40,472 nt of DNA from a virus (lineage: Duplodnaviria; Caudoviricetes), in IMG/VR virus record IMGVR_UViG_3300020044_003857, positions 1-40,472 of that record; one strand, given 5' to 3'. The position numbers were made by a program, and so were the translations under genes. Below the pieces are notes generated by a model. The model saw only the letters and a list, made by a program, of their open reading frames with translations. It made no database searches and was not told where the DNA came from. Below, in pieces: positions 7,533 through 16,129 of this stretch; position 1 is the stretch's first letter; each line of letters opens with the position of its first letter.

Positions 7533-7795
7533 TTACCGACGAAACCCGAGACAAGATTATCGAGGACGCAATCAAAAAGAACATGGCAATCACTGACTCT
7601 AAACTTTACGAGGCGGTGTATTCGGTTGCGATGGATGTAGTGGATGATGTGGTGGATTTTGGGTACGAAGATGTAAAGGTTTTAGGTGAAGCACAGATTG
7701 TTTTGCAGGCTATCAAAGACACCGACCCCGGTGTGTACGACGAGATGATCGACAACGTGCTGCGCCTAATAAGCGAAGCACTTCAGCTTAAATGA
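7529..7795 (+). CDS. Acidic hypothetical protein
   Basis: Translational coupling on both sides. Confidence 0.75.
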   Translation: MITDETRDKIIEDAIKKNMAITDSKLYEAVYSVAMDVVDDVVDFGYEDVKVLGEAQIVLQAIKDTDPGVYDEMIDNVLRLISEALQLK

Positions 7796-8061
7796 CCAAG
7801 CTATCCCCGCATCAAATCTTCATGCTGCGGATGTTTGAGAAGGGCTGGGGGTTTAAGATGTTTAACAGTAAGCGTGGTTCGTGGATGACGTACTGGTCGC
7901 TGCGAACCCGAGGACTAATTGGCAATGGCCCCACCATACACCGCGCTGGCAACCTCGTTGCCGTGGACCGACTGACTGATAAAGGAAGAGAGGCACTGAG
8001 AAAATATGACCTACAGCAAGAAACTAGGCAAGCCCAAGCCCCTAAAAGAAACCGTTCTTGA
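7792..8061 (+). CDS. Hypothetical protein (possible wHTH)
   Basis: Coupled ORF; SLRTRGLI...RLTDKGREAL wing motif. Confidence 0.7.
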   Translation: MTKLSPHQIFMLRMFEKGWGFKMFNSKRGSWMTYWSLRTRGLIGNGPTIHRAGNLVAVDRLTDKGREALRKYDLQQETRQAQAPKRNRS

Positions 8062-8293
8062 GATGCTTGCCAAAGAGCCGTTGTCGATTGATTCTGTAGC
8101 GTCTAGGTTATTCACCCCGCGTGAGAAGGTGCGGGTTGCGATGGAGAAGCTGGTCGCAAAAGATTTAGTTATCCATGTAGGTAAGACTGCGGGTAACAGA
8201 TATATCTACAAAGCAGCGGAAACAATTACCCTCCCCCCTAACATTAAGACCGACCCCGCTGCGGCGTGGTTATTTAATAAGGTGATGAGATGA
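8006..8293 (+). CDS. Winged-helix DNA-binding protein
   Basis: PLSIDSVASRLFTPREKVRVAMEKLVAKDLV pattern. Confidence 0.65.
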   Translation: MTYSKKLGKPKPLKETVLEMLAKEPLSIDSVASRLFTPREKVRVAMEKLVAKDLVIHVGKTAGNRYIYKAAETITLPPNIKTDPAAAWLFNKVMR

Positions 8294-8553
8294 ACAAGTT
8301 TAGAGAAGTTACCGGTGGACAAGCTTTCCCTGATGAAGCTAACGATGGTCTGACAATCTTAGATTACTTCGCGGCTAAAGCGATGCAGGCTTTTATCACT
8401 AAGTCGGGAGGAGCAGGGGGAACAGATAAAAAAGTTAATAGCGTAATTGCTGAAATCTCTTATTCCGTGGCTATAGAAATGCTGGAGGCTAAACAGATAA
8501 TAGAAATCTATCTCATGAACAAAGCTAGAGATGAAGCGAAGCGAGACAAATGA
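8290..8553 (+). CDS. Conserved phage protein (GGxAFP...DYFAAKAMQ family)
   Basis: TGGQAFP and GLTILDYFAAKAMQA motifs. Confidence 0.85.
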   Translation: MNKFREVTGGQAFPDEANDGLTILDYFAAKAMQAFITKSGGAGGTDKKVNSVIAEISYSVAIEMLEAKQIIEIYLMNKARDEAKRDK

Positions 8554-8810
8554 AAGACAGCATCAACCCCCAGCACTACCGCAATGGTGAAGTCGAGTGC
8601 ATTGATGCGCTGGCAGCAGCAACAGTAAACAAACCGGGGATACAAGCTATCTGTGTCGCCAATATCATTAAGTACCTTTGGCGGTACGAATCCAAAAATC
8701 GGATTGAGGACGTTCGTAAAGCACAATGGTACTTAAACAAACTTATCGAGGAGATGGAAAAGCATGACGCCCGAATCCAAAGTCAAAAAGAAGGTGACAT
8801 CTATCCTTAA
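8550..8810 (+). CDS. DUF3310 (SaV-like) protein
   Basis: DSINPQHY...ECIDA...NIIKYLWR...EDVRKAQWYL signature. Confidence 0.9.
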   Translation: MKDSINPQHYRNGEVECIDALAAATVNKPGIQAICVANIIKYLWRYESKNRIEDVRKAQWYLNKLIEEMEKHDARIQSQKEGDIYP

Positions 8811-9087
8811 GTCCGTCGGGGCTTATTACTTCTACCCGGTGACGGGTGGGTTCGGGCGTAGCGGAGTGCCGGATATCATCTGTTGCTTGAATGGAAACTT
8901 TATCGGCATCGAGTGCAAGGCTGGGGATAACAAGGCTACTGCACTGCAACTAAAAAATATCCAAGAAATCCAAGAAGCGGGTGGGTTCGCTTTTATCATC
9001 AACGAAGACAACCTCGACAGTCTTGAGCGTGTACTAAAAACAATGGCGGGAGAGGCAATAGATGAGCATCTACACGATCGACCTTGA
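8764..9087 (+). CDS. VRR-NUC domain nuclease
   Basis: TPESKVK, GVPDII, IECKA, LQ...GG PD-(D/E)XK signature. Confidence 0.9.
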   Translation: MTPESKVKKKVTSILKSVGAYYFYPVTGGFGRSGVPDIICCLNGNFIGIECKAGDNKATALQLKNIQEIQEAGGFAFIINEDNLDSLERVLKTMAGEAIDEHLHDRP

Positions 9088-10909
9088 GACTTACTATGCC
9101 AAGGACTATTCCCTGTCTAAGCTGACGACCGAGGAGTACGTTAACGACCCGCGCTTTGAAGTTATCGGGCTGGCTATCAAAAAAGGTGAGGAAGAAACCC
9201 AGTGGTATAGCGGTGATGATGTTGCGGGTTTCCTGAATAAGTTTGACTTCTCTAACTCAATGATCGTGTGTCATAACACGATGTTCGACGCAGCCATCCT
9301 TGGGTGGCGTTACGGGGTTAACCCGAAAGTATGGGCCGACACAATGAGCATGGCCCGGTTTGTTAGAGGGGTGCATGTGCCTGCGTCCCTTGCTTCGTTG
9401 TCTGAGTATTACGCGCTAGGAGTTAAAGGTACTGAGGTTCATGACGCGCTGGGTAAGCGGCGGGCAGACTTCACCGACTGGGAACTGGCGAGGTATGGTG
9501 GCTACTGCGTTAATGACGTAGACCTGACGTATCGGCTGTTCAAGCGTCTATTACCTAAAGTGCCCGCAAAAGAATTAAGACTAATCGACCTTACTCTAAG
9601 GTTCTTCGTAGAGCCTGTGATGCAAGTTGACTCTGCGGTGTTAGAAGCGAGGTTGTCCGCAATCCGTGCGGAGAAAGAGGAAGCCCTGCATAGCCTGCAA
9701 AAGTATCTCTGCGTAAGCACCAATGAAGAAGTCCGTGAATCCCTGTCTTCTAATAAGAAATTTTCGGATCTGTTGAGGGTACGTGGGATCACCGTCCCCA
9801 TGAAAACATCCCCCGCTACGGGCAAGTCCATCCCTGCGTTGGGTAAAAAAGATTCAGGGTTCATCGACCTTCAGAACATGGACGACCCGTTCGTACAGCT
9901 TTTGTGTTCTGTCCGCCTTGGAACTAAATCCACGATGGAGGAGGGCCGGATCGAGAACTTCATCGCCATCGCCCAAAGAAACAAAGGCAAGCTGCCTATC
10001 CCGCTGTTTTACTGTGGGGCGCATACGTCGCGCTGGGGTGGCGGGGATCAGATTAACTTGCAAAATTTACCGAGCCGAGATCCTAAAAAGAAAGCTCTAA
10101 AGAATTCTATGGTGGCACCGCCCGGTCATGTCGTCATTAACTGTGACTCTTCACAGATTGAGGCGCGTGTACTGGCATGGCTTGCAGATCAGAACGACAT
10201 CCTAGAAGCATTTAGAAATAAAGAGGATGTGTATCGTTTAATGGGCAGTAAGATTTACAAGAAAAAACCGGAAGAAATTACAAAGGAAGAACGCTTTCTT
10301 TCCAAGACGGTTGTGCTTGGTTGCGGGTTTGGAACCGGAGCGAAAAAACTTCGCGCTGAGTTGAAGTCTGCTGGCGTTGAGAAGACCGAAGATGATTGCA
10401 TTGAGATCATCAAGGTTTATCGGGAATCAAACTATAAGATCAGAGCGTTTTGGTACGAGGTCCATGAGGCTCTTAAGGCCATGAACAATGAGAAACCGTG
10501 GGGCTTCAGTAACAAGGGGTGTCTACGGTTCTTTGGTACTAATGCTATTGAGTTACCTAGCGGGTACAAGATTAGGTATCCCGGCCTGTCTAGCGTCACG
10601 GAAGCAGATGAAGTTAAGTATTCTTATGTAAGCCGTAAGGGTAAAACCCCCCTGTGGTTCGGCACCATAGTTGAGAATGTGGTGCAGGGGTTGGCACGGT
10701 GCGTGGTTGCTGAACAGATGCTGAAAATCAGTAGGCGGTACCGGGCCGTATTGACCGTGCATGATGCCGTGGTGGTAGTATGCAAGGCCGAAGAACGGGA
10801 AGAAGCCGTGCGATACATCGAAGAGTGTATGTCTACGGCACCTAGTTGGGCAGAGGGTCTGCCCGTAGCTTGTGAATCCGGATGGGGATTGTCTTATGGT
10901 GATACGTGA
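9062..10909 (+). CDS. polA: Family A DNA polymerase with 3'-5' exonuclease domain
   Basis: Exo I IDLET, exo II HNTMFD, exo III YCVNDV; NLQNLP; motif A DSSQIEAR; motif B RFLSKTVVLGCGFG; motif C VHD. Confidence 0.95.
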   Translation: MSIYTIDLETYYAKDYSLSKLTTEEYVNDPRFEVIGLAIKKGEEETQWYSGDDVAGFLNKFDFSNSMIVCHNTMFDAAILGWRYGVNPKVWADTMSMARFVRGVHVPASLASLSEYYALGVKGTEVHDALGKRRADFTDWELARYGGYCVNDVDLTYRLFKRLLPKVPAKELRLIDLTLRFFVEPVMQVDSAVLEARLSAIRAEKEEALHSLQKYLCVSTNEEVRESLSSNKKFSDLLRVRGITVPMKTSPATGKSIPALGKKDSGFIDLQNMDDPFVQLLCSVRLGTKSTMEEGRIENFIAIAQRNKGKLPIPLFYCGAHTSRWGGGDQINLQNLPSRDPKKKALKNSMVAPPGHVVINCDSSQIEARVLAWLADQNDILEAFRNKEDVYRLMGSKIYKKKPEEITKEERFLSKTVVLGCGFGTGAKKLRAELKSAGVEKTEDDCIEIIKVYRESNYKIRAFWYEVHEALKAMNNEKPWGFSNKGCLRFFGTNAIELPSGYKIRYPGLSSVTEADEVKYSYVSRKGKTPLWFGTIVENVVQGLARCVVAEQMLKISRRYRAVLTVHDAVVVVCKAEEREEAVRYIEECMSTAPSWAEGLPVACESGWGLSYGDT

Positions 10910-11117
10910 AACTGAGATCGTAGATTACTCAGAAAGCATCCTAAAGATGCGCCGATATGTAAGAGGGTTTGAGGAAGCTGTGCTTCGTAAAGACTGGGAC
11001 TTTGCAATTGAATTATCTACCCTACTTACGGTAGAATCGAGATTACTCAAACACCAAGTAAAGCTCCTTGCAGAAAATGACGGTATCCCCTATCAAGTGG
11101 AGCTTCAGCAGTCTTAA
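10896..11117 (+). CDS. Hypothetical protein
   Basis: ATG 10896 in frame, overlapping the polymerase end; helical. Confidence 0.6.
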   Translation: MVIRETEIVDYSESILKMRRYVRGFEEAVLRKDWDFAIELSTLLTVESRLLKHQVKLLAENDGIPYQVELQQS

Positions 11118-11754
11118 GCTGTTTGATAACTGCCCGAAGAAATACTATGAGATCCGCATAGCCAAAAACTTTGAGGACTCCCCCGGCGAAGCGGCTCTTT
11201 ACGGAACCGAGTTACATACAGCAGCCGAGGAATATGTGCGCGATGGAAAGCCCCTGCCCAAGGGGTTTTCTTTTATGCAGAGTCAGCTTGATAAGCTGAT
11301 TGATATCGAGGGGGAAAAGCTTTGCGAATACGAGATGGCGCTAAAGGCAGACCTGTCCCCGTGCGCGTTCGATGACCCTGAATATTTTTGTAGAGGGATC
11401 GCGGATCTTGTCGTGCTTAACCGCGACAAGGGAAAAGCATTTATTGTTGATTACAAATCCGGCAAGTCAAGGTATGCTGATACGAGTCAGCTAGCCCTGA
11501 TGGCATTCATGCTGTTTAAGCACTTCCCCGAGATTGATACGGTCAAGGCTGGATTGCTATTCACGGTTGAGCAAAGCTTCATCAAGGCGAAATACGAACG
11601 TGAGGAAATGAAAGAGTTGCCCTCCCGTTTTGTAGAGTCTTTGACCAAGCTTACTAACGCGATGCGTTATGGTGTCTTTAACCCTAAGTCGTCCGGTCTA
11701 TGCGGGTTTTGTCCAGTGGAGAGCTGTGCCTATTGGCGACCCAAAAGACGGTGA
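11077..11754 (+). CDS. PD-(D/E)XK Cas4/RecB-like exonuclease
   Basis: WSFSSL..F..CP, G..LH, RGIADL, VDYKSG, QL; C-terminal CGFCPVESC Fe-S cysteines. Confidence 0.9.
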   Translation: MTVSPIKWSFSSLKLFDNCPKKYYEIRIAKNFEDSPGEAALYGTELHTAAEEYVRDGKPLPKGFSFMQSQLDKLIDIEGEKLCEYEMALKADLSPCAFDDPEYFCRGIADLVVLNRDKGKAFIVDYKSGKSRYADTSQLALMAFMLFKHFPEIDTVKAGLLFTVEQSFIKAKYEREEMKELPSRFVESLTKLTNAMRYGVFNPKSSGLCGFCPVESCAYWRPKRR

Positions 11755-11766
11755 TATCATGCCGCC

Positions 11767-12141
11767 ATGCAGCCGAAAAAGATTCTAACTCCTGAACAGC
11801 AGGCGAAAATGCTGGCCGCTCGCATTGCGGCACCGAAGAAGCGGATGGATATACGGATCAGTCAGGAGTCCAAGGCCGACACGCTTGAGGTTCTTGACGG
11901 GATCAGCGAAGAAATAAAAGAGCAGTTGGAAGTAGTTAAAGATGATGTGGTTACGATTCACAAGATGGTGACCGCACTGGATAGGGCAATCTTCAAAAAC
12001 GATTGGGGAAAAGTTTCGACTATATCCGCAGCAATTCAGGCGTTCTCTTTGAATATATCTAGACGCATTGAATCCTGTTCCACTCAAGCTAGGGTAGCCA
12101 ACAAAATGCTGGCGGCGATAAAGGTTAACGAGGATGCTTAA
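11767..12141 (+). CDS. Hypothetical coiled-coil protein
   Basis: 124-aa ORF in the operon. Confidence 0.7.
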   Translation: MQPKKILTPEQQAKMLAARIAAPKKRMDIRISQESKADTLEVLDGISEEIKEQLEVVKDDVVTIHKMVTALDRAIFKNDWGKVSTISAAIQAFSLNISRRIESCSTQARVANKMLAAIKVNEDA

Positions 12142-12418
12142 GCGTCTGTGTTTCTTAGTTGTATTGGCTGGATGTGGAAGCGATGACCATCAACCCCCCG
12201 TACCCTCTGCGCCCCCTGCGCCTCCGTCAGAACCTGCCCTCGTTGTAGTCTCAGAAAATCCGGTACGGCTCGAAATCGAAACCAAACCCAAACCCGCTAA
12301 AGTAATTACGGGTGTCGAGATTGATCTAAAGAAATATAGGTACAAGTACCGTTACGAAGACGAAGAAGAAGATAAAGAAGACGACGATACTAAGAAGAAT
12401 CTGAACAAGAAAGACTGA
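12134..12418 (+). CDS. Putative lipoprotein
   Basis: MLKR + hydrophobic core + lipobox LAGC; Pro-rich linker; charged tail. Confidence 0.6.
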   Translation: MLKRLCFLVVLAGCGSDDHQPPVPSAPPAPPSEPALVVVSENPVRLEIETKPKPAKVITGVEIDLKKYRYKYRYEDEEEDKEDDDTKKNLNKKD

Positions 12419-12419
12419 C

Positions 12420-12695
12420 ATGCCATACACCAAGTCGCCCCGCCCCTATAAACACGAATGGGAAATGGAGCAAAAGCGGAATGAGAAACCTGCTAGGGCC
12501 GCACGGGCACGGTCACGCAGGGCTATGGATGCGAAAGGCGTTGACAGGGATGGTAAAGTGATCGACCATATCGTCCCACTGAGTAAGGGTGGTAGTAGTG
12601 GCGCGGGTAACTTGCGTTTGACTACACGATCCAAGAATGCGTCTTTCAGTCGCAACAGCGACGGTAGCGTTAAGAAGAATACTCCGAAGAAATAG
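12420..12695 (+). CDS. Small HNH endonuclease
   Basis: IDHIVPLSKGGS...NLR....N motif. Confidence 0.9.
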   Translation: MPYTKSPRPYKHEWEMEQKRNEKPARAARARSRRAMDAKGVDRDGKVIDHIVPLSKGGSSGAGNLRLTTRSKNASFSRNSDGSVKKNTPKK

Positions 12696-12704
12696 TTTTA
12701 TCCA

Positions 12705-12880
12705 TCCGGTACCGTGTTAGGCGGGTAGTGGAAGTACCGGAGCCGCAAGGGCTTTAAACCCCGTCAGTCTAGCGGGTCGCTTTTTGAGTCCTCCTTAGAG
12801 CCTCAATTAGTAGCTCCCGACCGTCAGGCTAGATAGGAAGTAGGGTGAACGCGCAAGTCGTGTTCGCCCTATTAGCCTTT
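12705..12880 (+). ncRNA. Putative trans-acting antisense sRNA (RNA-2)
   Basis: 250-bp ORF-free gap; stems 12705-12712/12734-12741, 12768-12773/12828-12833, 12775-12779/12818-12822, 12784-12788/12802-12806; carries CCTCCTTA and TTAGTAGCTCC; 13-bp 3' hairpin. Confidence 0.7.
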
Positions 12881-12886
12881 GTATTT
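12841..12886 (+). terminator. Terminator-like hairpin ending RNA-2
   Basis: tagggtgaacgcg-caagt-cgtgttcgcccta followed by an imperfect T-rich tail. Confidence 0.55.
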
Positions 12887-12945
12887 GCTTTTAAATAAGC
12901 CCCGGTTTACCTACTAAATACCGACTAACCTAAATAAACTAATCC

Positions 12946-14511
12946 ATGAAAATAGTTAATAACAAGGGGCTTCTGATCCGGACGCATAACCCGGAGAAGA
13001 TCGTATCCACTATCCCGCGAAGTAAGGTGCTGTCAAAACTGGATCACCCGAAAGGACCGATGTACGAGATGCTGGTCTATTGGGGGTATGACGAAGCAAG
13101 GGTATTAAAGAATCTAGGCTACAGCAGAACACCTTCACCCATAGAAGGTAAGTACGAATGGACAGGGTTTCACAAACCCTTCGCCCATCAAAAATCCACA
13201 GCCGCTTTCCTCACCATGCACGATAGATGCTTCGTGTTCAACGAGGCTGGAACGGGTAAGACTTCCGCAGTGATATGGGCAGCGGACTACCTTATGAAGA
13301 TAGGTAAAGTCAGGCGGGTTCTTGTGATATGCCCGTTGTCTATTATGAATTCTGCATGGGCTTCCGACCTATTTAAGGTGGCCATGAACCGCACTGTGCA
13401 GGTGGCCTACGGCGAGGCCAAGACTAGAAAGGCTATCGTCAGCGGAGAAGCTGAGTTCGTAATCATAAATTACGACGGTGTAGAGATTGTCCAAGACGAG
13501 ATCGCTAATGGTGGGTTTGATCTTATCGTCTGTGATGAAGCCACCGCGCTAAAGAATGTATCGACTAGGAGGTGGCGCACGATTGCGGGCATCCTCAAAC
13601 CCCACACAAAACTTTGGCTGTTGACGGGAACCCCCGCTGCACAGACCCCGCTCGATGCGTTCGGTCTAGCTAAACTAATTTCCCCTTCTCGGGTGCCCCG
13701 CACCAAGGGTGCATGGCAGGACATAACCATGCAGAAGATTACGCAGTTTAAATGGATACCCAAACCTCAGTCGCGGGATCTAGTCTATCAGGCGTTACAA
13801 CCCGCTATTCGATTTACAAAGGCGCAGTGCCTAGACCTACCTGAGGTCATGTACCTGATGCGGGATGTTGAACTTACCGCGCAGCAGAAGCGATATTATG
13901 AAACGCTTAAAAGCCAAATGCTCTTTGAGGCTGCGGGTGAGGAGGTGTCCGCAGTGAATGCGGCGGTACAGATTCAGAAGTTGCTACAGATATCGGGTGG
14001 TGCTGTCTACTCCGATGACAGAGAGGTACTGGAATTCGACGTATCAAACCGGCTAAATGCTTTACAGGAGATCCTTAACGAGACAGAAAACAAAGTCCTA
14101 GTGTTCGTGCCATACCGGCACACGATTGATGTGATCGCAAACTATCTTACTAAAAATAAAATTAGCGTCGATGTAATCAACGGAGATGTATCCGTTGGGA
14201 AACGTACCGATATCTTCAATCGGTTTCAGACGCAAGCTGACCCGAAAGTATTAGTGATCCAGCCTCAGTCGGCTTCGCATGGGGTGACCCTGACCGCTGC
14301 GGATACGGTCGTCTTTTGGTCGCCTGTAGTTGCACTGGAAACCTACCTTCAGTGCATCGCTCGCATCGACCGGGTGGGACAGAAGAACAAGATGACCGTG
14401 CATCACATACAGGGATCAGAAGTGGAACGCAAGATTTACCGGGCGCTCATGGACAAGAAGAACCTGCACTCGGAGCTAACTGATATGTATAGAAATCTCA
14501 AAAGTGTATAA
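12946..14511 (+). CDS. SNF2-family (SF2) helicase
   Basis: Q motif PFAHQ, Walker A GTGKT, CDEAT, LTGTP, HGVTL, QCIARIDRVGQ. Confidence 0.95.
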   Translation: MKIVNNKGLLIRTHNPEKIVSTIPRSKVLSKLDHPKGPMYEMLVYWGYDEARVLKNLGYSRTPSPIEGKYEWTGFHKPFAHQKSTAAFLTMHDRCFVFNEAGTGKTSAVIWAADYLMKIGKVRRVLVICPLSIMNSAWASDLFKVAMNRTVQVAYGEAKTRKAIVSGEAEFVIINYDGVEIVQDEIANGGFDLIVCDEATALKNVSTRRWRTIAGILKPHTKLWLLTGTPAAQTPLDAFGLAKLISPSRVPRTKGAWQDITMQKITQFKWIPKPQSRDLVYQALQPAIRFTKAQCLDLPEVMYLMRDVELTAQQKRYYETLKSQMLFEAAGEEVSAVNAAVQIQKLLQISGGAVYSDDREVLEFDVSNRLNALQEILNETENKVLVFVPYRHTIDVIANYLTKNKISVDVINGDVSVGKRTDIFNRFQTQADPKVLVIQPQSASHGVTLTAADTVVFWSPVVALETYLQCIARIDRVGQKNKMTVHHIQGSEVERKIYRALMDKKNLHSELTDMYRNLKSV

Positions 14512-14536
14512 AGCTACAAAACTGAAACACTTAGGT

Positions 14537-14565
14537 TTGACTCTACCCTATTGTCGGGTTACAAT
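14537..14565 (+). promoter_or_regulatory. Sigma70-type promoter
   Basis: TTGACT-N17-TACAAT in the intergenic gap. Confidence 0.75.
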
Positions 14566-14595
14566 GTACATCCTTCAACGCAAACGGAGCTTACA

Positions 14596-15003
14596 GTGGA
14601 GAAAGAAAAAGCAAGCGTGTCAGTAGACAGGCTCATCAAGATTTACCTTAAGATTCGGGACGCCCGTCTTGAGGCGAAGACGAAGTTTGAAGACGAAGAT
14701 GAGAAGCTTGGCAAGCAGTTGATGGTGGTGCAGAACAAGATTCTTGAGTTCTGTAAAGAGAGTGGGCTGGATTCGGTTAAGAGTACGTTCGGTACTGCAT
14801 CACGGACGGTTAAGTCTAAGTATTGGACGAACGATTGGGATTCGTTCCGTAAGTTTGTTAAGGAGAACGACGCGCTGGAATTGTTTGAAAAGCGCATACA
14901 CCAAGGAGCTATGAAGGAGTTTATGGATCAGAACCCGGATGTAATTCCCCCCGGTATTAACGTGTCGCATGAATATGCGGTTGTAGTTAGGAGAGCAAAA
15001 TGA
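14596..15003 (+). CDS. Conserved phage replication-module protein (coiled coil)
   Basis: GTG start after GGAG; YLKIRD...FGT...DWDSF..FV...LFEKR...PPG pattern common in phage replication modules. Confidence 0.8.
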   Translation: MEKEKASVSVDRLIKIYLKIRDARLEAKTKFEDEDEKLGKQLMVVQNKILEFCKESGLDSVKSTFGTASRTVKSKYWTNDWDSFRKFVKENDALELFEKRIHQGAMKEFMDQNPDVIPPGINVSHEYAVVVRRAK

Positions 15004-15248
15004 GTATCAGTGAATACAAGTTGTCTTTCTCTGTAGAACCGGACACATTTGCAGTCAAAGTTTCTGACACAGGTGGCGAAAAATTTAAGGCATTCTCTTT
15101 TGAATATAATGACGACGGGGGAGAATTATTTTTGACTTCAGAGGCAGGATATCTTTGGTTTAATAATCTTGAAGAATTTTCCGAATTCACTGAAGCCATG
15201 ACGACGGCTGCAAAAAACGCTTTCGCACAGAAACAACCCAAGGAATAA
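15000..15248 (+). CDS. Acidic hypothetical protein
   Basis: ATGA overlap; very acidic and aromatic 82 aa. Confidence 0.7.
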   Translation: MSISEYKLSFSVEPDTFAVKVSDTGGEKFKAFSFEYNDDGGELFLTSEAGYLWFNNLEEFSEFTEAMTTAAKNAFAQKQPKE

Positions 15249-15250
15249 TA

Positions 15251-16129
15251 ATGAGCGAAATTACTCTGTTTAAAAATAGCGGAAACCTCCCCGCCTATCT
15301 CAAGAACATTGAGTTGGATGCGGATACCCTTGCCATTGCTGGCGGCGGTAGTAGCTTTAAGCGGATCAGTATCCGTGGTGGTGTGTTCCGTATGGTTGTC
15401 GGTGGCAAAGAGATCGCCACTAAAGAAGGTCGGTCGCTCGACGTTGTGGTGGTTCGCGCAGCGCACAAGCCTAGCCGTACTTTCTACGCTGAGTCGTACC
15501 GTGAAGGCGAGAAGCTTGCCCCGTCCTGCTGGTCTACGGACGGCACTAAACCCGACGAAGGTGTAGCCAACAAACAGTCGTCAACCTGCGCTAACTGTCC
15601 TCAGAACATCAAAGGTTCGGGCAACGGCGAAGGCCGCGCCTGCCGGTTTAGTCGCCGGATGGCAGTGGTACTGGCAGACGATCTGCAAGGGGATATTTAT
15701 CAGTTTGTGATCCCGGCTACTTCTATTTTCGGTGCTGGCGAACCCAACAAGCTGCCGTTCGAAGCTTACGTTCAGTTGCTTAAAGCCCACAACATCCCGC
15801 TGGGTGCCGCAGTTACTGAAGTTCGGTTTGATACGCAGGCTACTGGACAGAAGCTCCTCTTCCGTGCGGTTAAACCGCTTGAGGAAGGTGAACACGAAAT
15901 CATCAAGGCCCGTGGTGAAGATCCCGCCGCGCTGGCAGCGATTCGTATGAGTGTCGCGCAGACGGATAAAGTTCCCGCTGCACCTAAGCAAGGCTCGCTC
16001 TTCTATTCTAAAGAAGAAGATGTGGAAGACGCTCCTGTTAAGAAGCCGTCGAAGCCCGCCGCCCCCGTACCGGCACCGAAAGGGGATAGCGTTGAAGATG
16101 TACTGGACAACTGGGATGACGAAGAATGA
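15251..16129 (+). CDS. ssDNA-binding/annealing protein (putative)
   Basis: RISIRGGVF N-terminus, Cys cluster (CWS, CANCP, CRF), Pro/Lys linker and acidic tail VLDNWDDEE. Confidence 0.7.
   Translation: MSEITLFKNSGNLPAYLKNIELDADTLAIAGGGSSFKRISIRGGVFRMVVGGKEIATKEGRSLDVVVVRAAHKPSRTFYAESYREGEKLAPSCWSTDGTKPDEGVANKQSSTCANCPQNIKGSGNGEGRACRFSRRMAVVLADDLQGDIYQFVIPATSIFGAGEPNKLPFEAYVQLLKAHNIPLGAAVTEVRFDTQATGQKLLFRAVKPLEEGEHEIIKARGEDPAALAAIRMSVAQTDKVPAAPKQGSLFYSKEEDVEDAPVKKPSKPAAPVPAPKGDSVEDVLDNWDDEE

Noticed and set aside
12705-12880. RNA-2 as a tRNA, rRNA fragment or group I intron linked to the adjacent HNH
   Set aside because: No cloverleaf or T-loop, similarity to 16S is limited to 8 nt, and the flanking genes are intact rather than interrupted.
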